Of a DNA stretch of 64,000 nt, positions 38,301 to 50,460 are shown piece by piece. The notes under the pieces are model-generated. The model did no database searches. It was given only the letters and a program-made list of their open reading frames with translations, and had not been told where the DNA came from. The DNA is from Azolla caroliniana (lineage: Eukaryota > Plantae > Polypodiophyta). The translations under genes were made by a program, and so were the position numbers. Location of the stretch: contig JBHGNT010000002.1 in the NCBI GenBank assembly GCA_043228905.1, positions 6,076,001-6,140,000 on the forward strand. The letters run 5' to 3'. Each line of letters begins with the position of its first letter. Positions within the stretch are counted from its first letter, which is position 1.

Positions 38301-39357
38301 GGATGGAAGGAGGAGGGGCCAGTTCTTAACCATGACGTCTAATCGTGAAAGAAACAAAGAATGGTGGAGGGAACATCCAGTTCAAAAACGGAATGAAGAG
38401 TTTTTTCAAGATTTTGGATGAACTTTGCACAACTAGCGTGCAAGTTCAGAGGAGGTGGGAGTCGTGAAGGATTTGCTTCACGATATAAAAATACATTTAA
38501 ATATTGAATTCAGTAATATTTCAAACACTTGAACCTACAACATTATAAGCCAACCACAATGTATATACCACTAGGGTAGGCTATTTGTTTTTAGAAATGT
38601 TGTCAAGAATGTGCTTCACTATATAAGAATAAACTTAAATATTGTATTAAGTAAAATTGAGGGACTTGAACCCTCAACCTTGTATATCAAGCACAAAGCA
38701 TACACCACTAAGCTAGGTTATTTGTTTTAAGGTTATATCCATCATTATACTTATCCCAATACATGGAAGCTCAAATGAACATGATGGCTATCATGCATCA
38801 CATGCAATGCATGTGCGCCAAATGGCGATCATGCATCAGATGTAACTCATGCATTACATGCATGCAATTACCATATGCATGGAAATACTTATAAAAAGAG
38901 GGGATAGGAAAACAAAAGGGAATCAATCAAGAGAGAGTGAGAAAATAATACAATAAAGTAAAGAAGACTAGCTCATTGGGTGGAAAACCTCTCGTTTCGA
39001 AGTTGAGGTCGTGGATTCAAATCAAGGGTCGATAGAGAATGTGTTCAGTTTGCGATCAAGGATTGTAAAGTTGGTAAAATATTATACTTTTGATATACAT
39101 TGAATGTTTATATCATATACTCTTGTTCCTTGAATCATACTTTGTCTCAATCTTCTTTCTTGAATCAGACATTGTCTCTATCTTTTATCTATGCTCGTCT
39201 CTCTCTCACACACACACACATTACTCATAACTCTTCTTCTTATTATTCTTAACCTTTCTAACATCACCATACAGGCCTTATTAAAATTTAAATTCCTTAA
39301 ACTCCCCTTAACCTTAGTCCCTGCGACTTCGCCGCACGAACCACAACTACCCTGACA
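35334..39357 (+). mobile_element. Non-autonomous gypsy family W element: LTR-gag-protease-LTR, no RT/RH/IN
   Basis: 898-bp LTRs 35334-36231 and 38460-39357; TSD ACGT/ACAT; PBS TGGTGAACCCGACGTGAA 36236-36253; Gag and PR (IDHGSKIN, VILGQP) homologous to ORF 50461-52335. Confidence 0.9.
36236..36253 (+). promoter_or_regulatory. Primer binding site complementary to the 3' end of tRNA-Trp
   Basis: TGGTGAACCCGACGTGAA is the complement of ...UUCACGUCGGGUUCACCA, the plant tRNA-Trp 3' end as I recall it; identical copy at 52517-52534 (minus strand). Confidence 0.8.
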
Positions 39358-40679
39358 ACATGTGGTTGACAACACCAACCGGATGCAAGCTGTTGCTAAA
39401 GGATGTCCGACACGTTCCGGAGGTTCTTCTGAACCTGATATTAGCCGGTCGACTAGATGATGAAGGCTACACGGGTAGCATCCGGAACGGTGTTATGAAG
39501 TTCAGCAAAGGGAGCCTGATTGTGGCTCGAGCCCGAAAGGTAAACACGTTGTACCTGATGAATGCCCGGTTATGTCCGGAGGAAGTGAACGTGGAATCTG
39601 ACACCACCGGTGAGCTGTGGCACAAAAGGTTGTGTCACATGAACGAGAAGGGGATGAAGAGGCTTGCAGACGACAACCTCATTCCACTGAAAAACGTGCA
39701 CCTGGAGAAGTGCATTGATTGTCTGGCCGGTAAGAAAAACCGGACCTCCTTCCAACCAAGGCCATCGATGAGACATAATGCACCACTGGAGTTGGTGCAT
39801 ACTGATGTGTGTCAAGTGGACACGAAGTCACATGCAAGATCGCAGTACTTTGTGACGTTCATAGATGACCACAGCCGGAAGCTCTGGGCCACACCGTTGA
39901 AGATGAAGGATCAGGTGCTATCTGTCTTCAAAGAGCTCCACGCGAGAGTGGAAAGAGAAACCGGTCGGAACCTGAAGGCGGTTCGAGCAGATAATGGAGG
40001 TGAATACCGGGGGCAGTTCGAGGAGTACTGTCGCTCGAAGGGAATCCAGCTCGAATTTACCGTTCCGAAGACGCCGGAACTAAACGGGCTAGCCGAGAGG
40101 ATGAACCAGACCATAATGGAGAGGGTCCGGAGTATGCTGGCACATGCAAAACTACCCAAGAAGTTTTGGGCTAAGGCACTGTCGACGGTGACATATGTGA
40201 TAAACAAATCACCCTCAGTACCCTTGGACGGAGACACGCCACAGAGAGTCTAGGCCGGTAAGGAAGTGTCCTACCGGCATCTGAAGGTATTCGGGTGTCT
40301 CGCGTACGTGCATGTAGCTAAGGACCGGAGAGGAAAGTTAGATCCAAAGACCCGGCCATGCATATTCCTCGGTTACAGCGACGATGAGTTCGGCTACCGA
40401 GTGTGGGACCCGGTCGACAAGAAGGTATTCCGGAGTCGAGATATTATCTTCATGGAGGACAAGACGCTCGCCGACTGGGAGTCGGAGAAGAAGAGAATGA
40501 ACTCCGAGTCGACCGGTAGGGATCGATTCTACGATGAGTAGACCCAACCGACAAGAGGCCGGTTAGCACTCGAGGAACCAGCCGGTTATGGTGAGGATAC
40601 CGAACTAGCAGAAGAAGAGGTAGAGGAAGCTGAAGCCGGAACCGGCCAAGACTCCGAATCTGATTCGGATGAAGAGCAA

Positions 40680-42359
40680 ATGGAGGATCCGGTTACCGAA
40701 GCCCAAAGACAGAGATATTCTCTCAGAGCGAGAAGGGCCCCCCGAAGATTTCCGGATGCAGAGCATGTGCTGTTGACCGATGAGGGGGAGCCAGAAAGGT
40801 TCGAGGAAGCTAAAAGTGATGCCCATAGCCACAAATGGTTAAGTGGCATGCAGGATGAGATGAATTCCCTGCATGAGAACCATACGTATGAATTGGTGGA
40901 GTTGCCGAAAGGAAAGAGGGCACTCCGAAACAAGTGGGTGTACAAGTTGAAACCGGGAGATGCCGGCAACCCCCCGAGATACAAAGCCACGATCGTGGTG
41001 AAGGGGTTCCAACAGAAGAAGGGCGTGGACTTCGACGAGATATTTGACCCGGTAGTAAGGATGACCTCCACCCGGACGGTGTTGAGTATAGCATCAAGCA
41101 TGGACCTCGAGGTAGAGCAACTGGATGTGAAGACGACATTCCTTCACTGTGACCTCGAAGAGGAGATCTACATGCAACAGCCGGAAGGATTCGTGGAGAA
41201 AGGGAAGGAGCAACTGGTTTGCCGGTTGAAGAATAGCATGTACGGACTGAAGCAGGCTCCCCGACAATGGTACCAGAAGTTCGACTCTTTCATGACCGAT
41301 CAAGGGTACCACAAGACGCAGGCCGATCACTGCGTGTTTGTGAAGAAGTTCGAAGGAGGCGACTTCCTGATACTCCTTCTGTACGTGGACGACATGTTGA
41401 TCGTCGGACGGGACCAAGCCAAAATACGGATGTTGAAGAAGGCTCTCAACCGGACCTTCGCAATGAAAGACTTGGGTCCGGCAAGACAGATGCTTGGGAT
41501 GCATATTATCCGGAACCGGTCTATGAAGCAATTGTGGTTGTCAAAGGAGAAGTATGTGACCAAGGTTCTTCACCGGTTCAACATGTCAGATGCGAAACTG
41601 GTCAGATCGACACTTCCGGCAAACTGGAGGTTATCTGGTAAGCAAAGCCCGAAGACGAAAGTAGAGAAGGCGGATATGATGAAGGTTCCATATGCCTCTG
41701 CTGTCGGGAGCTTGATGTACGCAATGGTGTGTACCCGACCGGATATAGGATACGCAGTCGTAGTGGTGAGCCGGTTTATGAGCAATCCCGGCAAGGAGGA
41801 CTGGAATGCAGTCAAATGCATACTCCGATACTTGAAGGGCACTCCAAATATGTGTCTCCGATTCAGCTCTGGAAAACCTCAACTTGACGGTTTTACCGAT
41901 TCGGACATGTCGGCTAATGTGGATACCAGCCGGTCTTCATCCGGGTATGTAATGGAATATCCAAGGGGAGCTTTTTTGTGGCAGTCGAGGCTGCAGAAGA
42001 CGGTTGCGTTGTCAACCACGGAGTTGGAGTACATGGTGGCTGTGGAAGCCGACAAGGAAATATTATGGATGAAGGACTTCATCGGAGAGCTCGGTATCCG
42101 GCAAGATGAATACCGGCTCTATTGCGACAGTCAAAGTGCCATCCACCTTGCTAAGAATGCGGCCTACCATTCCCGGACGAAGCATATCCAACGAAGGTAT
42201 CACTGGATCCGGGAAAGAGTAGATGACCAGGAGTTCACGCTGACAAAGATCCACACGGCCGAGAACGGGTTAGATATGCTGACCAAACTACTGATACCCG
42301 ACAAGCTGGATGCATGCCGGAAGCAGATCGGACTAGTAAGACATCCCATGCCGGAGTGA
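40680..42359 (+). CDS. Copia RT-RNase H (longest open pol segment of the family T host)
   Basis: 559-aa ORF with EQLDVKTTF, LLLYVDDML, DGFTDSD and HSRTKHI. Confidence 0.85.
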   Translation: MEDPVTEAQRQRYSLRARRAPRRFPDAEHVLLTDEGEPERFEEAKSDAHSHKWLSGMQDEMNSLHENHTYELVELPKGKRALRNKWVYKLKPGDAGNPPRYKATIVVKGFQQKKGVDFDEIFDPVVRMTSTRTVLSIASSMDLEVEQLDVKTTFLHCDLEEEIYMQQPEGFVEKGKEQLVCRLKNSMYGLKQAPRQWYQKFDSFMTDQGYHKTQADHCVFVKKFEGGDFLILLLYVDDMLIVGRDQAKIRMLKKALNRTFAMKDLGPARQMLGMHIIRNRSMKQLWLSKEKYVTKVLHRFNMSDAKLVRSTLPANWRLSGKQSPKTKVEKADMMKVPYASAVGSLMYAMVCTRPDIGYAVVVVSRFMSNPGKEDWNAVKCILRYLKGTPNMCLRFSSGKPQLDGFTDSDMSANVDTSRSSSGYVMEYPRGAFLWQSRLQKTVALSTTELEYMVAVEADKEILWMKDFIGELGIRQDEYRLYCDSQSAIHLAKNAAYHSRTKHIQRRYHWIRERVDDQEFTLTKIHTAENGLDMLTKLLIPDKLDACRKQIGLVRHPMPE

Positions 42360-43055
42360 AGGGGGAGTTTGTTAGGAAACAGGTCCCTCCGGATGGAAAG
42401 TGAGAACCGGATGAGGAGTACCCGAAAACGGAAGACCCGGTGAGAACCGGATGAGGAGTACCCGGCTACGGAAGACCTGGTGATAACCAGATGACGGCTA
42501 CCCGGCTACGGAAGACCCGGTGAGAACCGGATGAGGAGTACCCAGCAAGAGCCGGATGAAGAAGGCCCTGTGAGAAGTGCTCACCGGATGAAGGGACAGA
42601 TTTGCAAATATGTTTTTGAGAGTCCATCGGGACTATATTTGTAAATAGCCGAAAAGTCATATTAGTATAAATATGACTTAGGGCAAACAGAGAATAAAAA
42701 GAGTTGTTGTCATTCTTGTTGGTGCAAGAAGAGAGAGCGCGTAACAGTGTATAGAGAGAGAGAGAGAGAGAGAAAGAGGTGGTTGCCGCTGTTGTAACCG
42801 CCGCCTATGGCGAAGATCGTGAGCACGAGGTCGTTGCCTCCGTGAGCTCACTGTTGTAATCATTGTGATATAGTGATAGTTTGGAGTCTAGGGACTCCCC
42901 TGGTTTTTCCCTCTCAGGGTTTTCCACGTTAAACATCCTGTGTACTCTTCTCTCCTTTGTGTCGTGCATTCATTCCCCGTTTTCTTTTTTCTGTGTTTTG
43001 ATTCTAAGCTCGGTTGTGGCCGAGCGTTGTTCATCGGGAGCGTGTGTTCTTGTCA

Positions 43056-43722
43056 TATGTGACCTCACTCATCTCAACCTTCTCCATCTTCATCTTCAAA
43101 CATTGTCTATCAGAAAACTTTTTGTTAATCGGCAGTGCCAAGTCGACCAGTTTTGTGCTTTCCATGCTAAACTTTTGGAGCACTTTTGTCACGTGTCAAC
43201 CATAATAATCTCTTTGTCCGTTCTTGGATGATGTGCATCCCCAGGATCTGTCTTGTTGGACCCATATCCTTCATTGAGAACGACCTACAATCAGCATTCC
43301 GATTTTCGTATGGTCTCGTCCGACAATAAGCATGTCATCCATATACACCAAGAGGACAATGAAATCTCCTCCATCAAATTTCTTCACAAACACACAAGGG
43401 TCAGCCTACGTTTTGAGGTACCCTTGGTCGGCCATGAAGGATTCGAACTTTCGATTCCATTGCCAGAGAGCTTGCGTTAGTATATAAAGGATCTTACTCA
43501 ACTGGCATACTAGGTTCTCCTTTCCTTTCTTGACGAATCCTTCCGATTGTTGTATATAGATTTCTTCTTCGAGGTCTCCATGCAGAAAAGTCTTCTTGAC
43601 ATACAATTGTTCAACTTTGGGGTCCATGCTGGCCGTTATGCTCAACACCGTCCAGATGGATGTCATCTTCACCACCAAGGCAAAAATCTCGTTGAAATCC
43701 ACTCCTTTCTTCTGTCGGAAAC
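43056..43722 (-). pseudogene. Family T-like RT fragment
   Basis: DFNEIFALVVKMTSI...FLHGDLEEEIY. Confidence 0.75.
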
Positions 43723-43777
43723 TGTAAAGAATCGGGTGTGATTCTATGCAATGGAAGATGTGTGTGTGTGTGTGTGT

Positions 43778-43825
<48 letters not shown>

Positions 43826-44390
43826 TCAAGGTATTCAGAAAACAATAAAACTGTATTAATAAGGAGTAAGAATGAACCAATAGCTACAAAGGGGAGGAGA
43901 AGGTGCTTATGTAGTCACCTTCACACAATATTCTCTCACTACAACCACCACTTGCAAAGAGGTAGAGACTTAACTACCTACTATCATAGAACCTTAAAAT
44001 TCTATGACATAGTAGTTACTATACTAGGAGGTGGGTTGTTCACTCACTTGTGTATACTAAGGTACTTTCCCACACTAGGGAAGTTGAGTTTGATTCTCAA
44101 CATGCCCTTTCAAATGCAACTTCTGATCGCCGAATAGTTGGTTCAAACTAGTCTTTCGGTCAGCTTCGAGTCCACTCCGGATTTGGTTTCGGATGGCCGG
44201 CTCACTCCCTGGATCATTCTGCTCTGATCGATGTCATGTCTGATTGTTCCTTACTCCCCCTCAAGCTCGGCTAGTAAATGGTCGAGAGACCGAGGTTCGT
44301 TTTGAACTACCACAACTTGTCAACACCCAGTGCCTTTGTGAATATGTCTGTCATCTACAAGTTCGTGCTGATGTGTTGCAGGTCGACATC
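43723..44390 (-). mobile_element. Family B-like 3' end: Pol terminus, spacer, 3' LTR 43723-44102
   Basis: DIFTKALG...SLRG Pol end at 44254-44390; LTR starts TGTTGAGAATCAAACTCAAC (minus strand) and shares its other end with the LTR at 63051. Confidence 0.75.
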
Positions 44391-47300
44391 TGTTACGAGC
44401 ATGACCATATAATATCCCACGGTGAGAATTTACCGTAATATTCTATACATGTGGATAAAGTGTAAGGGTTAAATGAGAGTGTAAAGAAGGGAAGGATTAC
44501 TTTTAATCCTCGGGATTGAGACAACCCATTAGGCCAAGTGTGAACTTGCCTTGGGGCCTTGGATCTGGCTATAAATATGAGGCCTACCTACCCTCATTTT
44601 ATCATCTCTTGACTACGTTGGACTCCGTTCTGTGGTAGGTCAACTCTTGTAGCGAACGCGCTAGCACCAAGTACAACTCGACGCCACGGTGGTGGTATGG
44701 GACAACGATCGAGGCTTGAGTCCGTCTCAATCCCTTCGCTCAGGGGTGTTCGGGTGGATCGCCACCCTTCTTTCTCCCTCTCCTTTCTTATCTAACTATC
44801 AAATACATCCTGATCATATGCTTACATTAGAACATCACTTTGGGCCCCTAGGAATGTTCACACTTGGCCTAATGGGTTGTCTAAATCCCGAGTATTAAAA
44901 GTAATCATTCCCTTCTTTACACTCTCGTTTAACCCTCACACTTTTATCCACGTGTATAAAATACTCTGGTAAATTCTCTCCATGGGATATTATATGGTCA
45001 TGCCCATAACATACTCCCCCTCTTTAAAACATTGCACTCTTGTAATGGAAAGTTAGGGAAGTTAGTATTAGGAGTATTTTCGTGTTCCCACGTGGCATCT
45101 TTGATAGATTTATCCATCCATTTAATTTTAAATTCTCAGATTACTTTAGTACGCAAAGTTTTTGTTTTAACATTGAGAATTCTTTCTGGTACATGTGCTT
45201 TAGAAGATAATTCTACCGAAGTAACCAGAGTTTCAGTTGTAACTGTATTATCGCTAGAACCAAGAAGTTCTTTTAGACGACTTACATGAAAAATTGGATG
45301 GATTTCGATGCCATCAAGAAGAGTGAAACGATAGGTTGATGAACCAATGCGTATGAGGATTGTAAAAGGTTCACAAAACCGTGGGGCTAACCTAGTACAC
45401 TTACCAGTAGACAATGTCTTAGAATTGTGAGGTACATGTAAAAATACCTTTTGTCTAGGGTTGAATACACGATGTTGCCTATTATGATCAGCATAAAAAC
45501 GCACTCTATCTTGAGCTATTTTTACATTATCTCGTGCAATATGCAACATATCTTGCATATCCTGAAGAAAGTTTTGCGTACTTCGCAACTCATCATGAGT
45601 ATATTAACATCAATCGAGCTCATGGCTGAAAACCATACATCAATATAAAAGGACTATATCCCGTCGACGTACGCTTGGAGCTGTTATATGCAAACTCCAA
45701 ATTCGGAGATAACGTTCCCATTTTGTTGGTTTTGTACCAACATATGCACGGAGCATGTCCTCAATAATTTGATTTACTCAGTTGTGTCTATCCATCGGAT
45801 TGAGGATGATCCATGGCAATGTAGTTTCCAACTTCTTAAAGACTTGTGTCCAAAAGTCGCTAATAAACTTTGAATCTCGATCACTCACGATATCCATTGA
45901 TACCCCATAAAAATGAAATAACGTGTCAACGAATTGGTAAGCCAATTCAGGAGTTGTTACCATGTTTTTAGTAGCAATAAATCAGACCATTTTAGTTAGT
46001 CTATCAACCACAACCTTTTTGGGTGCGAGGAAGGCTAACAGTAAAATCCATGTATATACTTTCCCACTTATTATTGGGAATATCCAAGGGATGTAAAAGT
46101 TTTGCGGCTTTAAGTCGCTCGGCTTTGTTAACCTAACACTGGTGACATTTAGTCACATACCTATGAATGTCAGGACGCATCTTTGGCCAATCGAATTGAG
46201 TGGTGATGAGAACGACTATAGGATGTATTCCAGGGTGCCCTGCTGAGGGTGCATCATGGCATTAAAAAAGAATTCTCTTTTTGACCTCAAGCAAATCTAG
46301 AACAGAAACCTTCCGATTACGGTAGAGCAAACCGTTAGCGATGTGGAAGTATTCCTTTGAGGATGTGGTGGTGTCTATTCAAGACTCAATTTTGGCCCAG
46401 TATTTCGCAAAATAACTATCATCAGGATACTTTCCTCGAAGGTGATCATAAAGATTTGATGTTATTTCAGTGAAGCTAAGCATGTTAACTTCACGGATGT
46501 GACTTAGTGCATCAATGACAACGTTCATGGAACCTTTACGATATCGTACGGAAAAATCAAAGTCCTGGATGAGATTTGCCCATCATGCCTTACAACCTTT
46601 AAGGTCTTGTTGGTCACAAAAATATTTCAAGGACTCGTGGTTCATAGTTACCAAAAAACGATGTCCATAAAGATAATGACGGCATGTCTTCAGAGCATGA
46701 ATAACTGCAAATAATTCCTTTTCCTACATGGTATAACGACACTAAGCAGAATCAAGTTTCTTACTCTCAAATGCTATTAGTTTACCATCTTGATATAGGA
46801 TGGCACCTATAGCATAATCACTTGCATCGGTTTCAATTGCAAAAGGTTTTGAAAGATCTGGTAAAAGAAGCGAAGGAGCCTTGCACACCAGGTCCTTGAG
46901 ATCCTTAAATGCGAGGTCTCGTGTAGCATTCCACACAATGGGTTTTGTAGACTTATGCATATGACCTTTGAGAAGATCAGTAAACGGTATCGTCAATTGG
47001 GAGTAATTAAGAAAAGATTTTCGTAAAAACCTGACAAAACCAAGGAATGGTCGAACTTCTCAAATATTTCGAAGAGTGGGCCAAAGTTTGACTTTCTAGA
47101 TGCGAGAAGGATCAATTTCAACTCCTCATTCGGTGATGAGATGTCCAAGATATGTAATTGATTTCTTGAAGAACTCTCATTTTGAGATCATCGCGTAGAA
47201 TTGCTTGTCACGTTGTCGTAGTGTATTTCGTACACTACTTGAAAATAATATAAAATAACCGATTGAATAAATATGAAGAAAAAAGAAGAAGAAGAAGAAG

Positions 47301-48176
47301 AAAATATCAAAATAAGCATTACATGCATAGGGCAAGATTCAAACCTTGCACCTCCATGTTAATAATGTAATGTCTTACCATTGCACTAGCATTTCATTAG
47401 TGTTAAAAAGTAGATATTCTACATAGAAAGGTTAGTTCACCTAGGATAAACTTTAGTTAAAAGAAAACGCATGCTAAAAGAAAAAGCTACGCATGCACAT
47501 CTAGCGTGCATGAACGCTATAGTTGATAGAAAAAAAACACACAAGTTAGAAAAACCATGATCACTTTAGATAAAGCATATAGTCTATCTATAGGAAAAGC
47601 ATGGAGTCTATAGTTAGAGAAGAAAAAGCATGGATTGCTGAGACTCCCTCATCACTATATAAGGATGGGGAGCACAATGTAATGGGGTGTGTGAAATATT
47701 TGGAAATTGGATATATTTCCTAAAACACCAATTAATAAACTATACTTGTGGGATTCACGAGATTTCTATATTCTTCTCTTTCAATCCAAATTCATATTCT
47801 TATCTGGATATTGATGAATGAAATACATTATATTTGTGGGATTCACAAGTTCTTTTACCTCTTTCTTATAATCTATTCATAACTAGACTCATCTCAAATT
47901 CTTCCTCCTCCTAGTCCAAAATCCCAGTGGTTCCCACCCGACTCACACAACGATCCGGCGCCGAAAGGCACGACAACGCAATGTTTGTAAAACAAAGCAG
48001 ACATGTTTTCCATGTTCTTCTAATGTACAACTATAAACTAGAATATCATCCAAGAAAATATCGACAAATTTTCCAAGTTGTTCTCGAAAAATGTCATTCA
48101 TTTCTTGTTGGCATGTGGCCGGAGCTTTCGTCAAACCAAAAGGCATAACCAAAAACTTATAATGGCCATAGTGCGT
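44391..48176 (-). mobile_element. Chromovirus (Ty3/gypsy) 3' half: RT, RH, IN, chromodomain, PPT, fold-back 3' LTR
   Basis: VMPFGLT..FLDDIL (RT), IETDASDYAIGA (RH), IVSDRD (IN), IHPIFHVSRLK then PERIL...KW..DATWE (chromodomain); PPT AAGAGGGGGAG 45014-45024; LTR 44391-45011. Confidence 0.88.
47214..47975 (+). mobile_element. Solo LTR, gypsy family W (diverged subfamily)
   Basis: TGTCGTAGTG...GGCACGACA; TSD ACGT/ACGC; splits chromovirus RT at LQTLR|DKQF. Confidence 0.88.
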
Positions 48177-48965
48177 TGTCGTGCCTTTCGGCTCCGGATC
48201 GTTGCGTGAGTCGGGTGGGAACCACAGAGGTCTTGGACTAGGAGAAAGAAGTTCGTGAGATAGAGATTAATTATGAGTAAATAGCAAAGAGAAAGATAAG
48301 AAACTCGTGAATCACACGAGTATACTATATTAATTGGTACTTAGGGTGTTAAGAGAGAAGTAGATGTATAAATCGTGAATCCCACGAATAATTTTTGTAT
48401 TGATTAATACTTAATCCAAATAATCAACAACAACTACAATGTGCTCCCCATCCTTATATAGTGATGGGAGAGACTAAGCATAGCTACATGCTTTTTCTCA
48501 TATGTTCATGCACACTAAATGTGCATGTGATGCTTTTTTATTTCCTAAGTATAGGGCTCATGCACGCTAGATGTGCATGAGTTATTTTTAGTGTCTCGTG
48601 TTTTTTCTTTTTCATATATTAAAAAAATACACGATTTACCTTTTAATAAAGGTATGCATAAATAAAGGTCTTATACATATTAAATCTATGTTTAAAACAC
48701 TTAAGATAATTTAATGTAATGGTAAGGTTGGGGTTTGTCAACGTGGAGGTGCAGAGTTCGAATCACGCCTTGCGCAGTAGTGAGTATTTCCTTTATTTTT
48801 ACATTTATGTCTCTTTATCCGGCTCTTCCTTGCCGGTATGCCGTTTTCTTCCTTGCCGGTATGCCGTTTTCCTCCTTGCCGGTATGCCGTTTTCTTCCGG
48901 TTCTCACCGAGCACTCCATTCTCTATCCGGAGGGACAAAAATATAATTTCCACATAGTGTGCAAC

Positions 48966-50045
48966 CTACACTACGACACTCGCCCCCTCCAAACCCGCAC
49001 ATCCTTCGGTATGTGCCGAAGTTCTTGATTCTTCGTATCCGTCTTCATCCGAAGCTTCCTCCGATTCTCCCCTTATGTCGACTATGAGTTGTAATCCACT
49101 TTCTTCGCTTCCCGCATCATTGTGGTCTTCGTCCGATTGCTCCTCGTTGTCGGCCTCGACTTGGATCACATAAGGTTTGTCGTCAGTCCGCTTCTTGAAA
49201 ATCTTCACCCGCTTCCCGGCTATAGGCACTCGTAGTATTGTTCCATCCAACTCGGACAGTCGGTACGTCCCGTTGTCGAAGACCTTCCGAACCTCGTACG
49301 GCCCGAACCACCTTTTTGCGAATTTCCGCATCGTTGTATGTTGATGGTCCAAGCTACTATCATAGACGATCACCCAATCTCCTTCTTCAATCCTCCTCGG
49401 TCGTAGTCGGTGCTTTGTGTCGAACCGGCTTTTGTTCCGGAACCGTGCTTCTTGTTGTCGGCGTGACGCTTCCGCTACATCTTTCGGTCTTCCCTCCAGT
49501 TGTCGTATCCGGACCGCTAGTAGTTCTTCCCGGCTCATCTCTTCCTTCCACGGTAGTATTGTCCATGTCGCGATTGCGGTTTCCGTTGGCATTACCGGTG
49601 CTTGTCCGGTCATGAGTTCTGCCGGCATGTAACCGGTCACGGAGCTATGCGTCGTCCGATCCGCCCATAGTGCATACGGAAGCATTTGTGGCCAATCCTT
49701 CACCCTTCCGTCGCATGCCTTCGCAAGCGCTTTCACGATCGGACTATGTCCTCGTTCGATCTTCCCGTTGGCCTCCGGATTGTAGGCCGTTGTCAACGTT
49801 AACCGAACTCCATGTTTGGCGAAGAATCCCCTAGCTTTGTCCGAGTCGAGTTCTCCCCGGTCCGCAATCACTTGTCCTACGCAGCCGTACCTACAAAACA
49901 CTTCTTCCAAAAGAAATTGGCACACCGCGGCACACGTTTTCCTCCGAAGCGCTCGACCTTCAACTTGGTTTGTGAGATCTTCTCGAGCTAACACCAAGTA
50001 TTTCTTTTGTCCAATCCCGGTCGGCATAGCTACAATGTCGACCAT
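48966..50045 (-). CDS. Integrase core and GPY/F C-terminus (N-terminal zinc finger missing)
   Basis: MVDIV...VIADRGE...YNPEANGKIERGH (DDE triad); WFGPY. Confidence 0.85.
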   Translation of the reverse strand: MVDIVAMPTGIGQKKYLVLAREDLTNQVEGRALRRKTCAAVCQFLLEEVFCRYGCVGQVIADRGELDSDKARGFFAKHGVRLTLTTAYNPEANGKIERGHSPIVKALAKACDGRVKDWPQMLPYALWADRTTHSSVTGYMPAELMTGQAPVMPTETAIATWTILPWKEEMSREELLAVRIRQLEGRPKDVAEASRRQQEARFRNKSRFDTKHRLRPRRIEEGDWVIVYDSSLDHQHTTMRKFAKRWFGPYEVRKVFDNGTYRLSELDGTILRVPIAGKRVKIFKKRTDDKPYVIQVEADNEEQSDEDHNDAGSEESGLQLIVDIRGESEEASDEDGYEESRTSAHTEGCAGLEGASVVV

Positions 50046-50460
50046 CCCGGTTTCACCTTCTTCTCCACGGTCTTGTATTTCGTACTTACCATTGCTTCTT
50101 CTTTGCGGAGCGCATCCGGCCCCATTTTCGCAACGATCTCGTACATCTTGACCGATTCCACCGGGACTACCCGGTTCCCTTGGCTTTTATCTTCCGCAAG
50201 CTCTTCAAGCCGTTGTAGTGTATTCCCATAGAACACTTCCTCGATCACTCCCACGATTTCTTCGTCTTCTTTTATTATTGATACCGACCGTAACTTATCC
50301 TCCACTTGTCGGTATTGTTTCTTCATTCCTCCGGTTACGGCCGTGTACGTAGATGCCCCATCCGGCCCGATTCGTACTTGTTTTGCTCCGAGAGTTTTCT
50401 TCCTGTGTGGGGTATCAGGGCTTCTCGGACTATCACTTCCCCACTCCGCAACAGTCCGCT

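Larger units (their letters stand above)
28513..43055 (+). mobile_element. Family T copia, host of two nested elements; 5' LTR truncated
   Basis: 5' LTR remnant 28513-28857 matches the 3' LTR 42370-43055; PBS 28861-28872; gag 28888-29150 resumes at 34543; PR resumes at 39358; IN and RT-RH ORFs 39360-42359; PPT before 42370. Confidence 0.92.

Noticed and set aside
42400-42600. Regularly spaced direct repeats resembling a CRISPR array
   Set aside because: Degenerate tandem U3 repeats inside a copia LTR, with no unique spacers, no cas genes and a eukaryotic context
44391-45011. MITE interpretation of the fold-back unit
   Set aside because: No TSD, TG...CA ends and exact adjacency to a PPT fit an LTR better; not fully excluded
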